Source: Takakia lepidozioides (taxonomy: Eukaryota > Plantae > Bryophyta). From it: a stretch of 64,000 nucleotides of DNA. Position numbers and translations under genes: made by a program. Under the pieces are notes generated by a model that was not told the DNA's origin, ran no database searches, and saw only the letters and a program-made list of their open reading frames with translations. Positions within the stretch are counted from its first letter, which is position 1, and every line of letters starts with the position of its first letter. Below are positions 36,600 through 51,200 of this stretch, piece after piece. The stretch spans positions 88,536,001 to 88,600,000 of the forward strand of contig CM060731.1 of NCBI GenBank assembly GCA_030704615.1, given 5' to 3'.

Positions 36600-37560
36600 T
36601 GTCAGAAGTAGGCCCAAATACCAGTGAAAGTGTCAAAATATTTCACTACTACAATTATTACAGACGGTGTTATTTGAGTAAGTTCACTAATACCGGTTGA
36701 CTGGATTTCACATATTAAAAATATTTAACTTTAATTTCTGTATTATCATATAAAAAGATAGAATTTTATAGTGATCTCTAGATGCGTTTGACTGGTAATG
36801 GTGAAATAATAGTGGATAATTTCACGACTATTACTTATCAAAATTTGAAAGGGAGTCTTTACTACGTATAGTGGTTATTTACACTAGTATGTATAAAGTG
36901 AATCTATTTAGTGAAATATATTAGTTAATAGTTTCACTATCTAACACATACATATACATCGGGAACTGAGATATGTTACTATCAGTAGTTAAATTCTTTA
37001 CTACGTTTAGTTCACTAGATTTCACTATAAAACACTAGTTTATCTGAACCTCAACTGATTGTTGGTGTGGTTATAGTGTAGATCCTCCAACCACATTTAA
37101 ATTTTCCACCTCAAAATCAATAGTGCCGACAATGCGCACATGCATAACATTCCACTTAATTTCAAGTATCCAAATATAAGCTTCTTGTGCCACTGCCAAT
37201 TTGGTTTAGTATCTCATAATCTTGTTTGAGTCTCATCTCTTAAGTTATTAGTGCAAAATTATATTGCGGACACGAAGTGAAGTATACTATTGCCTGTAGT
37301 TGAAATTCAAGCATGTCAAATTTCACTAAGTTTAGTTCATTAGTGCGATAGTTTCATTAGAAATCAATTATATACCAGAAAAATATCTAGTGAAATTATT
37401 TCACTATACTATATGTAGTCAGGTGTACAACTGCAACAAGCTTTATTAGTTACAGATTTTTCACTCAGTGTTGAATATTCACAACTAAAGGTTCACTCCA
37501 TAGTGAGCATATTTGACTACATAGTTGCTTTAACTTCACTGCTCAATTGACATTACTTCT
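36600..37560. repeat. AT-rich region with many TTCACTA/TAGTGAA motifs
   Basis: Numerous short cacta/tagtg motifs occur in both orientations. There are no ORFs and the termini are not identified. Confidence 0.45.
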
Positions 37561-38943
37561 AAATTGTCATTGAGCTGCAGCCTAGAATCTATAGGTGCTA
37601 CACGTACTTGCAAACCCCCCATGCTTAATATCTAGCTTCATCTTGCGTTCATATATTTGAATTTCCACAAAACCTCTTTACCGATGATTCCACCATAGAG
37701 CTCTTTGCCATTTTCCAGGTCTGCCAAGACCGCACACATCCTCGTTGTTGCTTGAACCATCCTTGTGAGCCTTGTGGACCTCTCTCACTGAAGCAGGATC
37801 ACCATTTTCCACACCTCCTGAGACCCAACCACTGCCAGCAAGACATGATTAAGCAGAGTTTCAACAAACTAGGACATTAGGGAACCCAATCTCCAACACC
37901 TCCCAAGGAGCAAACCCTGTTTGCATAGTGATAGAAGCCCCTGTGGTCTCTGATGCATCATTAGAACGAGATCCATTGGAGACAGGAACAGGGGTGCCTA
38001 CAGTTGGTGGATGTGGAAAATCATCACAAGCGGACAAATAGAGCAACTAGTGTACACTGCCCAGGAAACAAGACGGGGGCTAAGCCTGACATAAGAGCTA
38101 TGGTCGATGTTTGCCGCCCTATGGCACCTGCATTGTTAGAGGCTAGAGACACGGAATGATGTGGCATGCATGTAATCAGCAATCTTCATATCCATGATCA
38201 GCGATCTGACTTCACTTCACTTGAAGCTGCATTAACTGAGAAGGTTAGATGATTACTAAGATGCATACAACTGGCTTCCAACTTCTCCAAGAACTTCCAG
38301 CTACTTCATAAATAGAGTCAGACCTAATGATTTGACATGAGGCTGAGGGAAAAAAATAGGTTGGATGAAATGGGCCCCAAAATTTATATATTTCAGTTTG
38401 ACTTGTTCCTTATCTCTCAATCCAAATGATGGTGCCACCAGAATACCAGGTCGATTAAGGTGGTGTTTCTTCCAAGGAAAAACTACAGATTCAGAGTTGG
38501 CTGCAGCTTTTTGGGGCCGGTGTCCATACTGACAAGGCCCTGTGGACGTTAGCTCTGACACACAGTTGCAGTTTGGCTCATGCTGCTAACTCTTCCAGAG
38601 CCGGTTTAGAACCAATCTGATACTACAATGGTCCTCGTGCCCAAATGATAATCTAGTGCTACATTAAGGTCTACCATTGCCATCATGCTACCAGGGTTTT
38701 CCCAATAAAAATTCTATCCATCAGCAGAGAAACCGCCAAATCAAAGACAACCCATAAACCCCCTCGCATCTCCCTTCGAATTTGGAATGAAGCCCCTAGA
38801 AGTGCGGTTGGGGAGGATTTGACGGGGCCCCGCCGGAGGCTGCCTGAATCCGGAGACAGTACCGTCAGATCGACTACTGTTTTCCGATCAAAAACAAATA
38901 TTAGAAGCCCCTCCAAGGTTGCGGGGGAGAGAGAGAGAGAGAG

Positions 38944-41900
38944 ATGGCCTCGGACGGCTCGGCTATGGTGGAGGTTTCCAGACAAGTGCTGGTGGGAGTT
39001 TTCATTACCTCCTTCCTGGGTTTACTCGTAGTTTTGATTCTCGGTCTATTGCGGCAGAAGCGGAGCGAAGAACCTCCATCGAGTGTGCCGACCATTCCAG
39101 GTCCCCAGCAGTCCGTCGTTTCTTCCAAGAAGAATGTATCCAATCCGAAGCAGCGTTCTCTTGCTGCGGAAAAGGTTTGTTTGTTTGTTTTTGTTTTAAT
39201 TTCCACCTGGTCTTGATGGATTGAATGATTGATGAATCCCCTAAAGGAATTGGGACTGCGATCGGATGAAGAGGTTGTGGAAGCAATAACACGATCCGTT
39301 CATGGTCGAGGTTTTGTCATGTTTACAAAATCTCTATAACGAGGATATTCAAATGAATTCACACAAACAGTGAATAAGTAGTCCAAGGAGTATTTGAGTA
39401 CTCTTCTGGGGGTTTGCTGGCTTCTTCGTTCGCATCTATGCGACTAGATCGAAGCATCGATTTCCACCAAACACTTGTATCTGTATTTTTCTTTTGGCAA
39501 TGATCGAATTATTTGTAGCTTAGCCTTAGATGATGTCTAGCTAATCAGCAAAACGTAAAGCGAGTGGAAAATGCAGAGATTGAAGACCCTGCCTCAGATA
39601 TTTCCCATGCATCGTTGCGGCAGTATAGAATGAGCTGTATCTTTAGGTTTGTGCAACTCACAGCCTACACCTGTACTACCAGCTCCGTAAAGATATCAAT
39701 CAGCTTGTTAGGTCTCAGAAGAAATTATACTGGGACAAGTTATACAGTGAAAATAAACTCAAACCACCATGGTGGTTAATGACAAGAAATTCTGGTTGGC
39801 CTTCAACGTTTTGTACAAGCCGAAAAAAACGGTCAGCAAGTACAAGCGCTGAAGACTACTAAAGGTGCAGTGGTGACTTCATCGGTTGACATTGTCAAAA
39901 CCTTTGAAACTCATTACAGTATCCGGGAAGAAACTTATAGGCTACCAGTGAGGGGTCTTGCGTGCTGAATGGAAGGGGGAGGGGACAAACAGTTGGACAG
40001 TTCTCCTCTTAACCTTATCTGGAAGACTGAAATGACCCCTTTCGCTGGCGACAGGGGGTCATTGTCAATCTATACAAGAAGGGTGACAGAGAAGAACCGG
40101 GGGAACTACCGTGGCATCACGCTCCTCAATTGCTGTTGGCAAGACATTCTGCAGAGTTATAAGTAACTCGTCTCGAGGTGATTCTGGAGTCTAGAGGTTG
40201 TTTTTCCACGAAGGCCAAGCTGGCTTTCGGCGAAACAGGGGCTGTGTGGATCATATCTTCACTCTAAGCCAGATTATCCAGGGAAGGAAAAAAGAAGGGA
40301 AACCCACTTATGTCTTTTTCCTGGATGTCAAAAAGGCTTATGACACAGTGTGGAGAGAGAGATGGCCTATGGTTCCGCCTCTTGGTTGACCAGAGAAGAA
40401 CCGGGGAACTACCTGGCATCACGCTCCTCAATGCTGTTGGCAAGACATTCTGCAGAGTTATAAGTACTCGTCTCGAGGTGATCTGGAGTCGGTTGACCAG
40501 AGAAGAACCGGGGAACTACCGTGGCATCACGCTCCTCAATGCTGTTGGCAAGACATTCTGCAGAGTTATAAGTACTCGTCTCGAGGTGATCTGGAGTCTA
40601 GAGGTTGTTTCCACGAAGGCCAAAGCTGGCTTTCGGCGAAACAGGGGCTGTGTGGATCTATCTTCACTCTAAGCCAGATTATCCAGGGGAAGAAAAAAGA
40701 AGGAAACCCACTTATGTCTTTTTCTTCTGGATGTCAAAAGGCTTATGACACAGTGTGGAGAGATGGCCTATGGTTCCGCCTCTGGTCTTGTGGGATCAAG
40801 GAAAAGATGTGGAGAGTTGTCCACAACTTGTATGCTCACACCAAAAGCTGTGTCACTGTTAACGGACAGAAGTCCAACTTCTTTGACATAGACTGTAGCT
40901 CAAGGATGTACTCTCTCCCCTCTGCTCTTCAATGTTTTCATCAATCAACTCCTCGAGGATGTGGAAAGTGAGGGATTTGGGTTAAGGGTGGGTGATACCA
41001 CCATACCAGCCCTTATGTTTGCGGATGACTTCGCAGGCATAGGGGAGACTCCAACCAATCTCCAGGAGTTGATTGATTGTGCGAAGAGATACTTTGATCT
41101 TTGGGGGCTAGAGGCTAATGTCAGCAAATGTGCAGTGGTAGCATTCAACGACAGAGGAGAGGGAGGAAGTGATCTTAAGTGGCAGTGGGGTAGCCAAGAG
41201 ATCCCGGTCCTCCCTTCCTACACTTACCTGGGCGTTGAGTTCTCCTCCAATTGTAATTGGGATGCACATATCCGGAAAGTTGTTCAAACTGGCAAGGGCA
41301 AAGCTCTGGGGCTCACTAATTTTTCCACTGCAGAGGGGTCAACTCTGAGGTTAAGAAAACCATGCTTTGCCGCGTTATTAGACCTGCCATGGAGTACGGA
41401 TCTGCTATATGGGTTGATAACTCCAACCAGGCTAAGTCTCTAGAATCCATTCAAGTGGGGGTGCTTAAGGAGTGTATGTCAGCATGCTCCAAAACAGCCA
41501 AGTGGCTGTTCGGGGTGAGTTTGGCATTCCGTCCTTAAGCTCCCGACGAGATGAATTCAAGGTCAGATGGTGGGGTCAGCTGCAACATATGCCCAACACC
41601 AGATATCCTAAGTTAATCGACTCTATATCTTGGAACAGGACCGCCCTGTCAAACAGGCTAAGTCCTGGCAGAAGAGAGTAGAAGAGATCCTCAAGGACCT
41701 GGACTGGATCCGCAAGTCTTGACCCTGCTGGATAAATCTGACTTAGAGGCTGTAGTGTCCTCAGCCATGTCTGTTGCCATGAGATTGTCTGATGAAAATG
41801 AAGTTAGGCAGAAAACTTCCCTGAACTTGTTTCCAGTCTGTGACATGGGGGAGGACATCTTGGATGACCTCAAGGGTCTACCCACTCTCGCACTAGACTG

Positions 41901-44900
41901 AAATTTAAACTCAGGGCAGGAAGCCTACCTTTGAACAGCAAACAGAAGTAGAGAGGAAAGGGAGAGTGCAATTGCCCGTTGTGTGGGCAATCTGAAGACA
42001 GTATTCATTTTCTGATACACTGTCTGGGGTTCTCTCACCAAAGAGACACTCTCTTCAAATCTATTAAGGGAATTGTGCCTGTACCCCTGTTTACCAACTT
42101 TGAAAGTCTCGAGGCTGAGCCAAAAGCCCAGGCCCTCCTGAGGCCTAGTTTTTGGGGAAAAAACACCCAGCAGATTGATGCTTGTGTGAAGGGATTTCTA
42201 GAGGATATCTGGAAAACCCGGATTAATTCTTTATATGGAGGTAAGTCACTACCAACGTCAGCCCCTGACAGAGGTAGGTTCTGTCCCTTTTGTTCCCGCT
42301 CAAACTGGGCGCGGGGTCAATGGCCACAAGGCTACGGCAAACAACGTCTTATGAGTACAATAATGTGCCGGGGTCGATAGTATATTTGAGTCAATGATAG
42401 CAATTGAGAATGGTTTTCACAAGTGAAAATGGTGGTATCACTTCATGGTCAAAGGAAATTCACATTTATCCAATTGTACTTCCTAGGGCTCCTAATGACA
42501 AACAGGTTATCATGTAGTCATCATTCTATGGGTCTGGCTTTAGGTGGGTTCAATGCAAGTTGATGATAGGAATTTAGGGCACAAGTTCCCCAATGTGCAA
42601 AGGTTGAAGAGTAGAACAATGTTTGGTTTAACACAAAAATGAAATGGTCTAAGATTTATGGTAGCAAGTACTTCTGATGTTCCTGATTTCTAGGGTCAGT
42701 TCAACTGATATAGATTTTGGGTGAGAGTTTGATTGCAGGCTCATCCACATCGGCACCATCAGCTAGATCTCAACACTTTAAAGGGCCATGCTGATGCTAT
42801 CATGGGCATTGCATTCACCTCCAATGGTCGAGGCTTAGCCACAGGTTTGTTTCCTTCTCTTCCTTTTGTTGTCTGTTTTGTAAGTCAACAAACCTGCAGC
42901 AGTGTTGCAGCAGACTTTTCCTGACAGACATGCTTCCAGACAAGGCTTTAGTAAGTGCCCCCCTTATCAAATAAGCACATAATCTATGGATATGCTGTTG
43001 CTTTCTGTCTATTGCAGATGTTTTTGCTGAGACAATGATGCAGAACAACGTTGAAATGAATATGTACATCTGATGTTGCTCAATCTCCATCGTATGGGAT
43101 TTCAACTTGAAGCTTACGCCCGTCACAGTTTACTAAACCTCAAATCAGTTGTTGTCTAGAACAGAAAATATGACTTATGCTGAAAATTAAAAAACAATAT
43201 TAAAAAGCTGCTACTTGAATGGGAAAGCTCCTTGAGAACTCAACCCCAAATTTTAGTTAGATAATACAACAAGTGTAGTTGTAGCTCGTTTGACCTTTGA
43301 CTAAACTGCAAACCTCTCGTAGGCTTCAGTATCTGAATCCTTGATCAGATCTAACATGGAAGTCAGAATGTCACTGAGGTGGGGGCCTGCAGCATGTGCG
43401 GACCGAGTGGTACGGGTATTCAAGTTAGATGATGCATCTAGTAAGAGTTTCAAGTATGTCCCATTGCCCTTTTCTTTGCGCATTGTTTCTAGGAACTTCT
43501 GAATTGGCTACCTTAGATACCCGAGTCATGACCTGAAATGACTGCCTATTGTCCAAGTCTTGAAATGGGTATTTTAGAACTACAAGTGCATGTAATTTGA
43601 TGTTCAGCTTCTTAAATTTGGTGAATTTTAACAATTTAAGCCTTGGTGGATTCCCAGATTTTTACGCATCAATTTACCAAGTGGGAGCAGCTGCCCAATG
43701 GCCGTAGTTTTTGGGGAGGGGGCATCACAGCTGGTAGTTGCAACACAAGATCTCTCAGGGGCGGGCCTATGCATGTATGCTGCTGCTGGGGGGAAGGCGG
43801 CTGCTGTAGCCAAGGAGCAGGGAAAGCTTCCTCTCCCTGAGGTGAAGTGGGAGAAGAAGAATGTGCATGACAAGAACGGTATTGTCACTCTAGTTGGTGC
43901 CCCTGCCAGCTATGGAAGTGGGGATGGTGGAGTTTTGGTGGCTTCCTGCTCAGAGGGTGAGTGTGTGTTGCTTGTCTCTCTTTCTGGAGGGCATTGGGCA
44001 TCAAGTCTTGATTATATTTGTTTGCTCGAATCATGCAACCTGTCCTCTCACTGACTCCTTCCTCCCGCTGCTGGTCCATATGACTTGAGTGTGGTATTGA
44101 TAGCCAAGACGGATGGGTATGTACGTTTCTTATTTGTCAAATCTTTGTAGCTCTATGATAATGTTTATATTCCACTCTGTTTTTGCAGGCACAGACATAA
44201 AGTTGTGGGTAGCTGAAAGTGGCAAGTGTGTAGGCATGGTGGACACAAACCAGCTCAAAAACACCATGGCCACACTCTCTCCTGATGGGCGGTTCCTAGC
44301 AGCTGCTGCCTTCACTGCCGACGTTAAGGTGTGAAGGGCTGGTCTCCTTGTACTAAGCATTGGGAAACTCTTAATTTTACTCTAATATTGGTGTTGAGTC
44401 TCATCGCTGTGAGATATTGTTAATTGGAGTGGATTATTTTGCTGGTGTTCAGCAATAATTTGAGACTTACATTAAAGATGGTCTTCAATGACTAATGTCT
44501 ATGATTTTAGCACTCAGTAAGGCTTCAAGAGAGAGGGAGAGTTCAAGTATTATGAGCAACTCATGTGTGTGAATTGGTAGGGATTCAGCTGTGGGAGGTG
44601 GTATATGGCAAGGATGGCCAAGTCAAGGAAGTTTTGAAAGTTATGCAACTCAAGGGTCACAAGGTTTGTATTCTTACCTCATCAACATGTATGGTGCCCG
44701 TCATGAGCCTTACAGCTTTTAGGGAATTTAACCTGTTGTGTGTGTTTATTATGTTGAGATGGCCTGATGTAGCCAGGTTGCATGGAAAACTGAGACTTGA
44801 TGTGAAGGTTTGGCTGCATACAATCAGGGTTGAGTTTGATTGGAAAGGTCGCCTTACCTTGGTGAATATCTCTACCATGGGAAAATGATTTAGATGGCCG

Positions 44901-46968
44901 TGTGGGCATGAGAACAAGCTTCCTTGTTGGAATTTCAACCTCTCTTGCCAATCAAATTCCCTGCTGTTCCCTGCCACCAAGTGTCTGCTCCAAGTGAACA
45001 TCCTTGACAGCCCATATGAACATACTCATCAGGCTGCTTGCGGTTGCTTGCGGCCATGGACCCTGTGCGTACAGTGGATGGATGTGGAGACAAACAAAAA
45101 GAAGAAAGAAACTTACTGCGTCCATGGGAAGCCCAGGATGGCCTATGGGACACAGTAGAGCAGCACAGTAGAACAACAGCAAGCAAAGAACAATTGAAAT
45201 CCCTTTACTACAGAAACTGAAGGAACGGATCAGAACCTAAATGTTGCATGAAGACTGTGCCGGTAAGTACTTTGGATCCTCATAAAGGACTGAAATCTCC
45301 GTTCAGTATCTTGCCCGGATCTTGTACTAGGTAGGCGATAAGAAGATAATTGTCTGTCTACAGTTTGTAGGCGTTAAAATGACGTATTGGGTTTGTGTAG
45401 TCTTTGTGGCCCATGCTGATTGGGGGAAAAATGTGGGGGAGCGTGAAATGTATTCTATAGCCCTACCATTTCTATGTGCAGAGTGCAGTGACATGGCTAT
45501 GTTTCACATGGGATTCAGAACGGATCATAACTGCATCCAAGGATGGGTCCATCAGAATATGGAACATCAATGGTAAAGCAACATCTAACACCAGATCTTT
45601 GAGTTGTGCGCTTTTAAGTCTGGTGGCTATGGTAGTTCACTTTCTTTCTTGATCACATCTTTGGTGAGCATGATAGCTGATTATCTCATGCTAGGGAAGG
45701 TCTTCTGGTTTGATGGCTTGTGTCGCATCGAAGTAATCCAAGAATGAGTTGATCAACAGCATTTAGATAAACTGTACCCTTCTTTGTTGTTATTGCACTG
45801 ATCCCTACAGCTGATGCAATGAAGCAACGATTGCAGACGACTTACTGCGACTGTTGGAGACAATTCCAAAGAAAGAAATCTAGTCTTATTGCAAGTCAAT
45901 CTCTTGTTTAGTCCTCATCATTCCTGTGGTAACAATCCCTTTAGCTGTATGAGCTACTGATTTTGCTTCAGAATATAACTACAGATGTCTGGATGAAGGA
46001 GCCAAAATCAGGCTTCAGCCAAATTATTTCAAAAAGTACTGAGTTGCTGTGGTGCTCATAGTGGCCTTTCTTTGTGTCTTTGGACAGTCAGATATCACAT
46101 GGATGAGGACCCCAAGTGTCTGAAGGTGTTTCCCATCCCACTCCAAGATGCCAAGGGGTTGCCAGCTCACTGTGATAGGCTGGCTATATCACCTGACAAC
46201 AAGGTCATTGCTGTTACACACAGCACCACTCTCCAATGGTTAAGTGCTGAGACGGGTCATGTTTTGGATACAGCAGAAAATGCACATGATGGTGAGTACT
46301 TTTTAGTTTATAATTTCCTGGTTCTGTATTCTGTATTGTCACATAAACTAGGCATTTATGTCGACTGAGGAATTTTAGCAGACTGGACTAAATTAAGTTT
46401 TCGGTCTTTTCAGGTGAGATTTCTTCATTAGCTTGGGCACCACAGCCGCTTCCTACAGGTACTATATACCTCTCTAAATCTCTCAGATAACACTGGTACT
46501 GATACATCATTTCAGTCGACCGGCATCAATCTCCATTCCATCAATCAGTAGCCCACAACCTCACATTTCAGAGTAGGACTATTGTCCTTTCAGATGGGAA
46601 GCTGTTGGCTGGGAGATAGTTGTAGCAGATGGAGATTGATTTTACAGATCCAGTCGTCAACAGAGGCTCAAATTCAAGTAGTCTATCCTCTGCTTGGGAA
46701 GGCCGGGGGATGGGAGAGAGAGTACATAGCAGCAGTGCTACACATTTTTTCACAGAAGTCCTTGCAACCTATGTCTTCTATCAAAAATGGCCTCCTAGGC
46801 ATCAGGGCTGTGTGCATGTACCCAGATAGTGCATGAATTGGAGCTGGTTCTATATTAACCATGAGTAGTTGTGTGTTTTGGTGGGGATCAGAACGAGGAA
46901 GGGCAACAATTTTAGCAACAGCAAGCGTAGATAAGAAGGTGAAGTTATGGTATCCCCCTGGTCTATGA
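38944..46968 (+). CDS. TBL2: Transducin beta-like protein 2 homolog (N-terminal TM anchor plus WD40 repeats), 10 exons
   Basis: Exons 38944-39174, 42739-42844, 43393-43453, 43658-43956, 44189-44328, 44589-44663, 45482-45572, 46088-46291, 46414-46458, 46892-46968, all GT-AG. Motifs include LNTLKGHAD, LSPDGRFLAAAAFTADVK, QLKGHKSAVTW, VRYHMDEDPK and LATASVDKKVKLW. Confidence 0.9.
39676..42360 (+). mobile_element. 5'-truncated, rearranged RTE/RTEX-like LINE copy in TBL2 intron 1
   Basis: Closely similar to the reverse complement of 49864-~52395. It carries RT motifs, many indels, an internal deletion near 39990 and re-duplicated segments at ~40385-40600. Confidence 0.88.
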
Positions 46969-48282
46969 GAAGAGATGGATATTAGTTGCTAACATTGACC
47001 ATAATCATACCACATTTTGTGTGGTATGGTAGCACACTTTGGCAACCACAAGCAGCAGCAATCAAGGGCTGGCCAGGTCTCTGATTTCACTAAACTATCT
47101 AATTCAGAGTCTATGGGAGGAAGCTGTTGGAAATTTCAGTTGTTTTGAAGACAAGGCAAGTGTCAACTGCAACACACTACACATTGCTATCAAATTTCCC
47201 CTCCGGAGGGGTTTGATTATAGAGTTGAGTTTTACTCTCTGCCAGAATTGTAGCTGCGGACACCTTCATTTTAGCCAATGTTCAGGAATACATTGAAAAT
47301 GGCTACCAAAGCCCTGTCTGTTAAAGTTGTCTGAGGGACTCAGCATTGTCATGCTCGGATCAAACATAGTTTTGTCTAGTGCAGTGTGGAGTATTTGACC
47401 AAGCTACACAATTTTCCATATTTTGATCGTATTTGTGATAGTTGTGAAGGGACTCTGGATGAGGTTGATCCTCACTGACCTTGTAGGCTCACCTGGGAAT
47501 GATTCACAGTAGTTGTTGGAACAAAGGTAGAAATATCTTGTTCAATTCTTAGTCAAAATGTTGGTTCTGTTTGCATGGACCTGACAATGTTCCAAGCAGC
47601 ATAGTTTGAATTCTTCAGAAGATGCTGCGCTTGTATGGAATATGAAGCAGTATGGATTGTGCAGGCAGGGAATGGGTATAGAAATGGAGAGTACTGAACT
47701 GGTACTGGCTGCCAGGGTGTTGTGGGCAGATGTAAGAGCAGGGATGTTGCTGACTGTTGGTGGAAAAACATCCACCAATATCCTCAACGCGGCACCTGGT
47801 GCCTGGATGTGACCCATGTGTGAAGTCCACTGACATGTCTTCCTTTTCACTGAGGTGAACATAATTTTGCTCCCTAACATATATGCGTCGATTACACACT
47901 GGCATGTGTGCAAGTGAATAAATAACAAACAACAAGACGTTATAATGTACAGAAAGTCTTTAAAATTTCAGACTGTGCCTGTTTGTAATTGAACAAACAT
48001 TCTGCTGTTGACTCTGTGACCCATTACCGCATGATTTACGCATGAACATACTGGTGAAAGCTGATATGTCAACACCAAGCTCTAGGAGCTTCCTCTCTGA
48101 GTACTAATAGCAGTTCCAGGTTTATTGCCCATGAAGAGCACACTAACATATGATCACCGTTAAGCAGTATTGTCTCCGTAGGTTTTCCTGGTTTTGGGAT
48201 GTTTTTCCTGGCATTTCACGAGTATATATATAGGTTGGCTGCAGGGGCAACGGGAGTTGCATTACCATTGGAAAGGGCTTTA

Positions 48283-51200
48283 TTAAGCTTGGATGGGTTC
48301 CCTCTGTGCACCGGTGTCCACAAGCTTGAGATATGCTGCAGAGAAATCTTTGAAGAAGCGTCCTTGGTCCTCTGCGTAAATTTGCAACCACCTGCAATCT
48401 CCACACATTTTGGTGTTAGCATGGAAGCTTCCACTTCAAAGAATATGGTCAGCCCGAAAACCAATGGGACATCTGGGTGGAAGCCTGGTAACAATCTGTA
48501 AGTGTACAAGGTACTCCACTGTCCTGAAGTTGTGTATACTGCATTCTAAATAACAAATATGGAGAGACCAAAAAACTGAGGATAACAGCCCTGTTTGCAG
48601 AAGCCCCTAATGAAAGATGTAATAGGCCATTCTAACCAGCAGCATGAGAGGAATAGAACCTACCAATTTGGTCAGTAGCAACAAGAGGGATCGGTAGAGG
48701 GCATTGTCTTGATAACTCACACTAGGCATTCATTATCATCACTGAGAGCTCGATCTGTGGGTAGCCCTGTCATTGTAGCTGTCATCACAGTTGTCTCATC
48801 TCCAGCACCTACCCAGGGCCATGCAGCAACTGCACTGTTCAACAAGCATTGAAACTACCCGCCCCTGAGTTCCATTGCATCAGTGTTACAAATCCACGCC
48901 TTGCATGTCCACCTAGCTTTACAAGACCGGTGAAAAAGACACCTTTTTCACAACTTCAGCACCCCACGGCAGATCAAGCACAGTGAAGCTGCTGAACACT
49001 TTTAAGAGGACACCCAGACATGTCTTACAAGCGAGAGAGATGGAAGATAGTTGTTAAGCTCCGATGCCTTGTAAGAGACTGGACCATAAATATCTGGAAG
49101 AGAGGGTTGACATTTCGCCCATGACGGAGATCCATGGGCCTCTTTGAAAGGGGAAAAGCATGCACTTGCTGTATCAACACATACCTGCATTCTTCCAGGG
49201 TTTTTGAAGAAGAATCTGGAAGTATGAGCTGTCAAACAGATTGGGGTTCCCAAAACCTTTGTTTCCAAGAGTGTGGGCGCCTGACAGCACCACCAGTTCC
49301 TGCGTCCTACCCACATTATGCCAAAGCATGAAGCACCATCTTTCCAGCAGTATAAAGTTCCAAAGCAAAGTTGAGGATGATTATCTAGCAATACAACAGG
49401 CATGCAGGAAGGTGGTAATCCAGATAGTTTCAAGTTTCATACAGCAGAGCGGAAATGGTTGCAGGCTATACCTTATTATGAGACCTTCCAGCAAGACATT
49501 TACCAGAAGATCCTGCCCATGGATGCAGCAAGCAGGCGAAATATGTCCACTTGGCAACCTCATTTATCCGTCTGACAAATTTTATTACAACAGCAACTGG
49601 AAGTTGGTTCCTCCAGCTAATAGAAGGAAACGATATCAATTTTCAGCTGAAAGGTTGAGCCTAACCCAAACCATATGCCTGTGGTAAGCTCTGCCTACAT
49701 CAGGGCAAGAAATCTCACGTCATGAGACTTGAGCAAGGGCTAAAAGAGTATAGGGGAAGGAAGTGGTGCTCAAAATGCTGGAACTCGGCATAAGAAAAGT
49801 GGCGGAGAGAGCTGGGTAGGGTTGGAGCCAAAATATGGACTGTCAAAATGGCAACACAACAGATTGTACTCATAAGACGTTGTTTGCCGTAGCCTTGTGG
49901 CCATTGACCCCGCGCCCAGTTTGAGCGGGAACAAAAGGGACAGAACCTACCTCTGTCAGGGGCTGACGTTGGTAGTAAGACTTACCTTCATATAAGAATT
50001 AATCCGGGTTTTCCAGATATCCTCTAGAAATCCCTTCACACAAGCATCAATCTGCTGTGTGTGATTTGCCCAAAACCTAGGCCTCAGGAGGGCCTGGGCT
50101 TTTGGCTCAGCCTCGAGACTTTCAAAGTTGGTAAATAGGGGTACAGGCACAATTCCCTTGATAGAGTTGAAGAGAGCGTCTCTTTGGTGAGAGAACCCCG
50201 GACAGTGTATCAGAAAATGAATACTGTCTTCAGATTGCCCACACAATGGGCAATTGCACTCTCCCTTTCTCTCTGCTTCTGTTTGCTGTTCAAAGGTAGG
50301 CTTCCTGCCCTGAGTTTAAATTTCAGTCTAGTGCCGAGAGTGGGTAGACCCTTGAGGTCATCCAAGATATCCTCCCCCATGTCACTGACTGGAAACAAGT
50401 TCAGGGAGGTTTTCTGCCTAACTTCATTTTCATCAGACAATCTCATGGCAACAGACATGGCTGAGGACACTACAGCCTCTAAATCAGATTTATCCAGCAG
50501 GGTCAAGACTTGCGGATCCAGGTCCAGGACCTTGAGAATCTCTTCTACTCTCTTCTGCCAGGACTTAGCCTGTTTGACAGGGCGGTCCTGTTTCCAAGAT
50601 ATAGAGTCGATTAACTTAGGATATCTGGTGTTGGGCATATGTTGCAGCTGACCCCACCATCTGACCTTGAATTCATCTCGTCGGGAGCTTAAGGACGGAA
50701 TGCCAAACTCACCCCGAACAGCCACATTGGCTGTTTTGGAGCATGCTGACATACACTCCTTAAGCACCCCCACTTGAATGGATTCTAGAGACTTAGCCTG
50801 GTTGGAGTTATCAACCCATATAGCAGATCCGTACTCCAAGGCAGGTCTAATAACGCGGCAAAGCATGGTTTTCTGAACCTCAGAGTTGACCCCTCTGCAG
50901 TGGAAAAATTTAGTGAGCCCCAGAGCTTTGCCCTTGCCAGTTTGAACAACTTTCCGGATATGTGCATCCCAATTACAATTGGAGGAAAATTCAACGCCCA
51001 GGTAAGTGTAGGAAGGGAGGACCGGGATCTCTTGGCTACCCCACTGCCACTTAAGATCACTTCCTCCCTCTCCTCTGTCGTTGAATGCTACCACTGCACA
51101 TTTGCTGACATTAGCCTCTAGCCCCCAAAGATCAAAAGTATCTCTTCGCGCAATCAATCTACTCCTGGAGGATAATCTCCTTTTTCTCTCTTAATCAAAG

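Noticed and set aside
48283-48808. Frameshift at the last APX6 junction
   Set aside because: The donor after 48721 (CTA GT|GTGAGT) gives the correct phase and reads ECLVWLQIYAEDQ.
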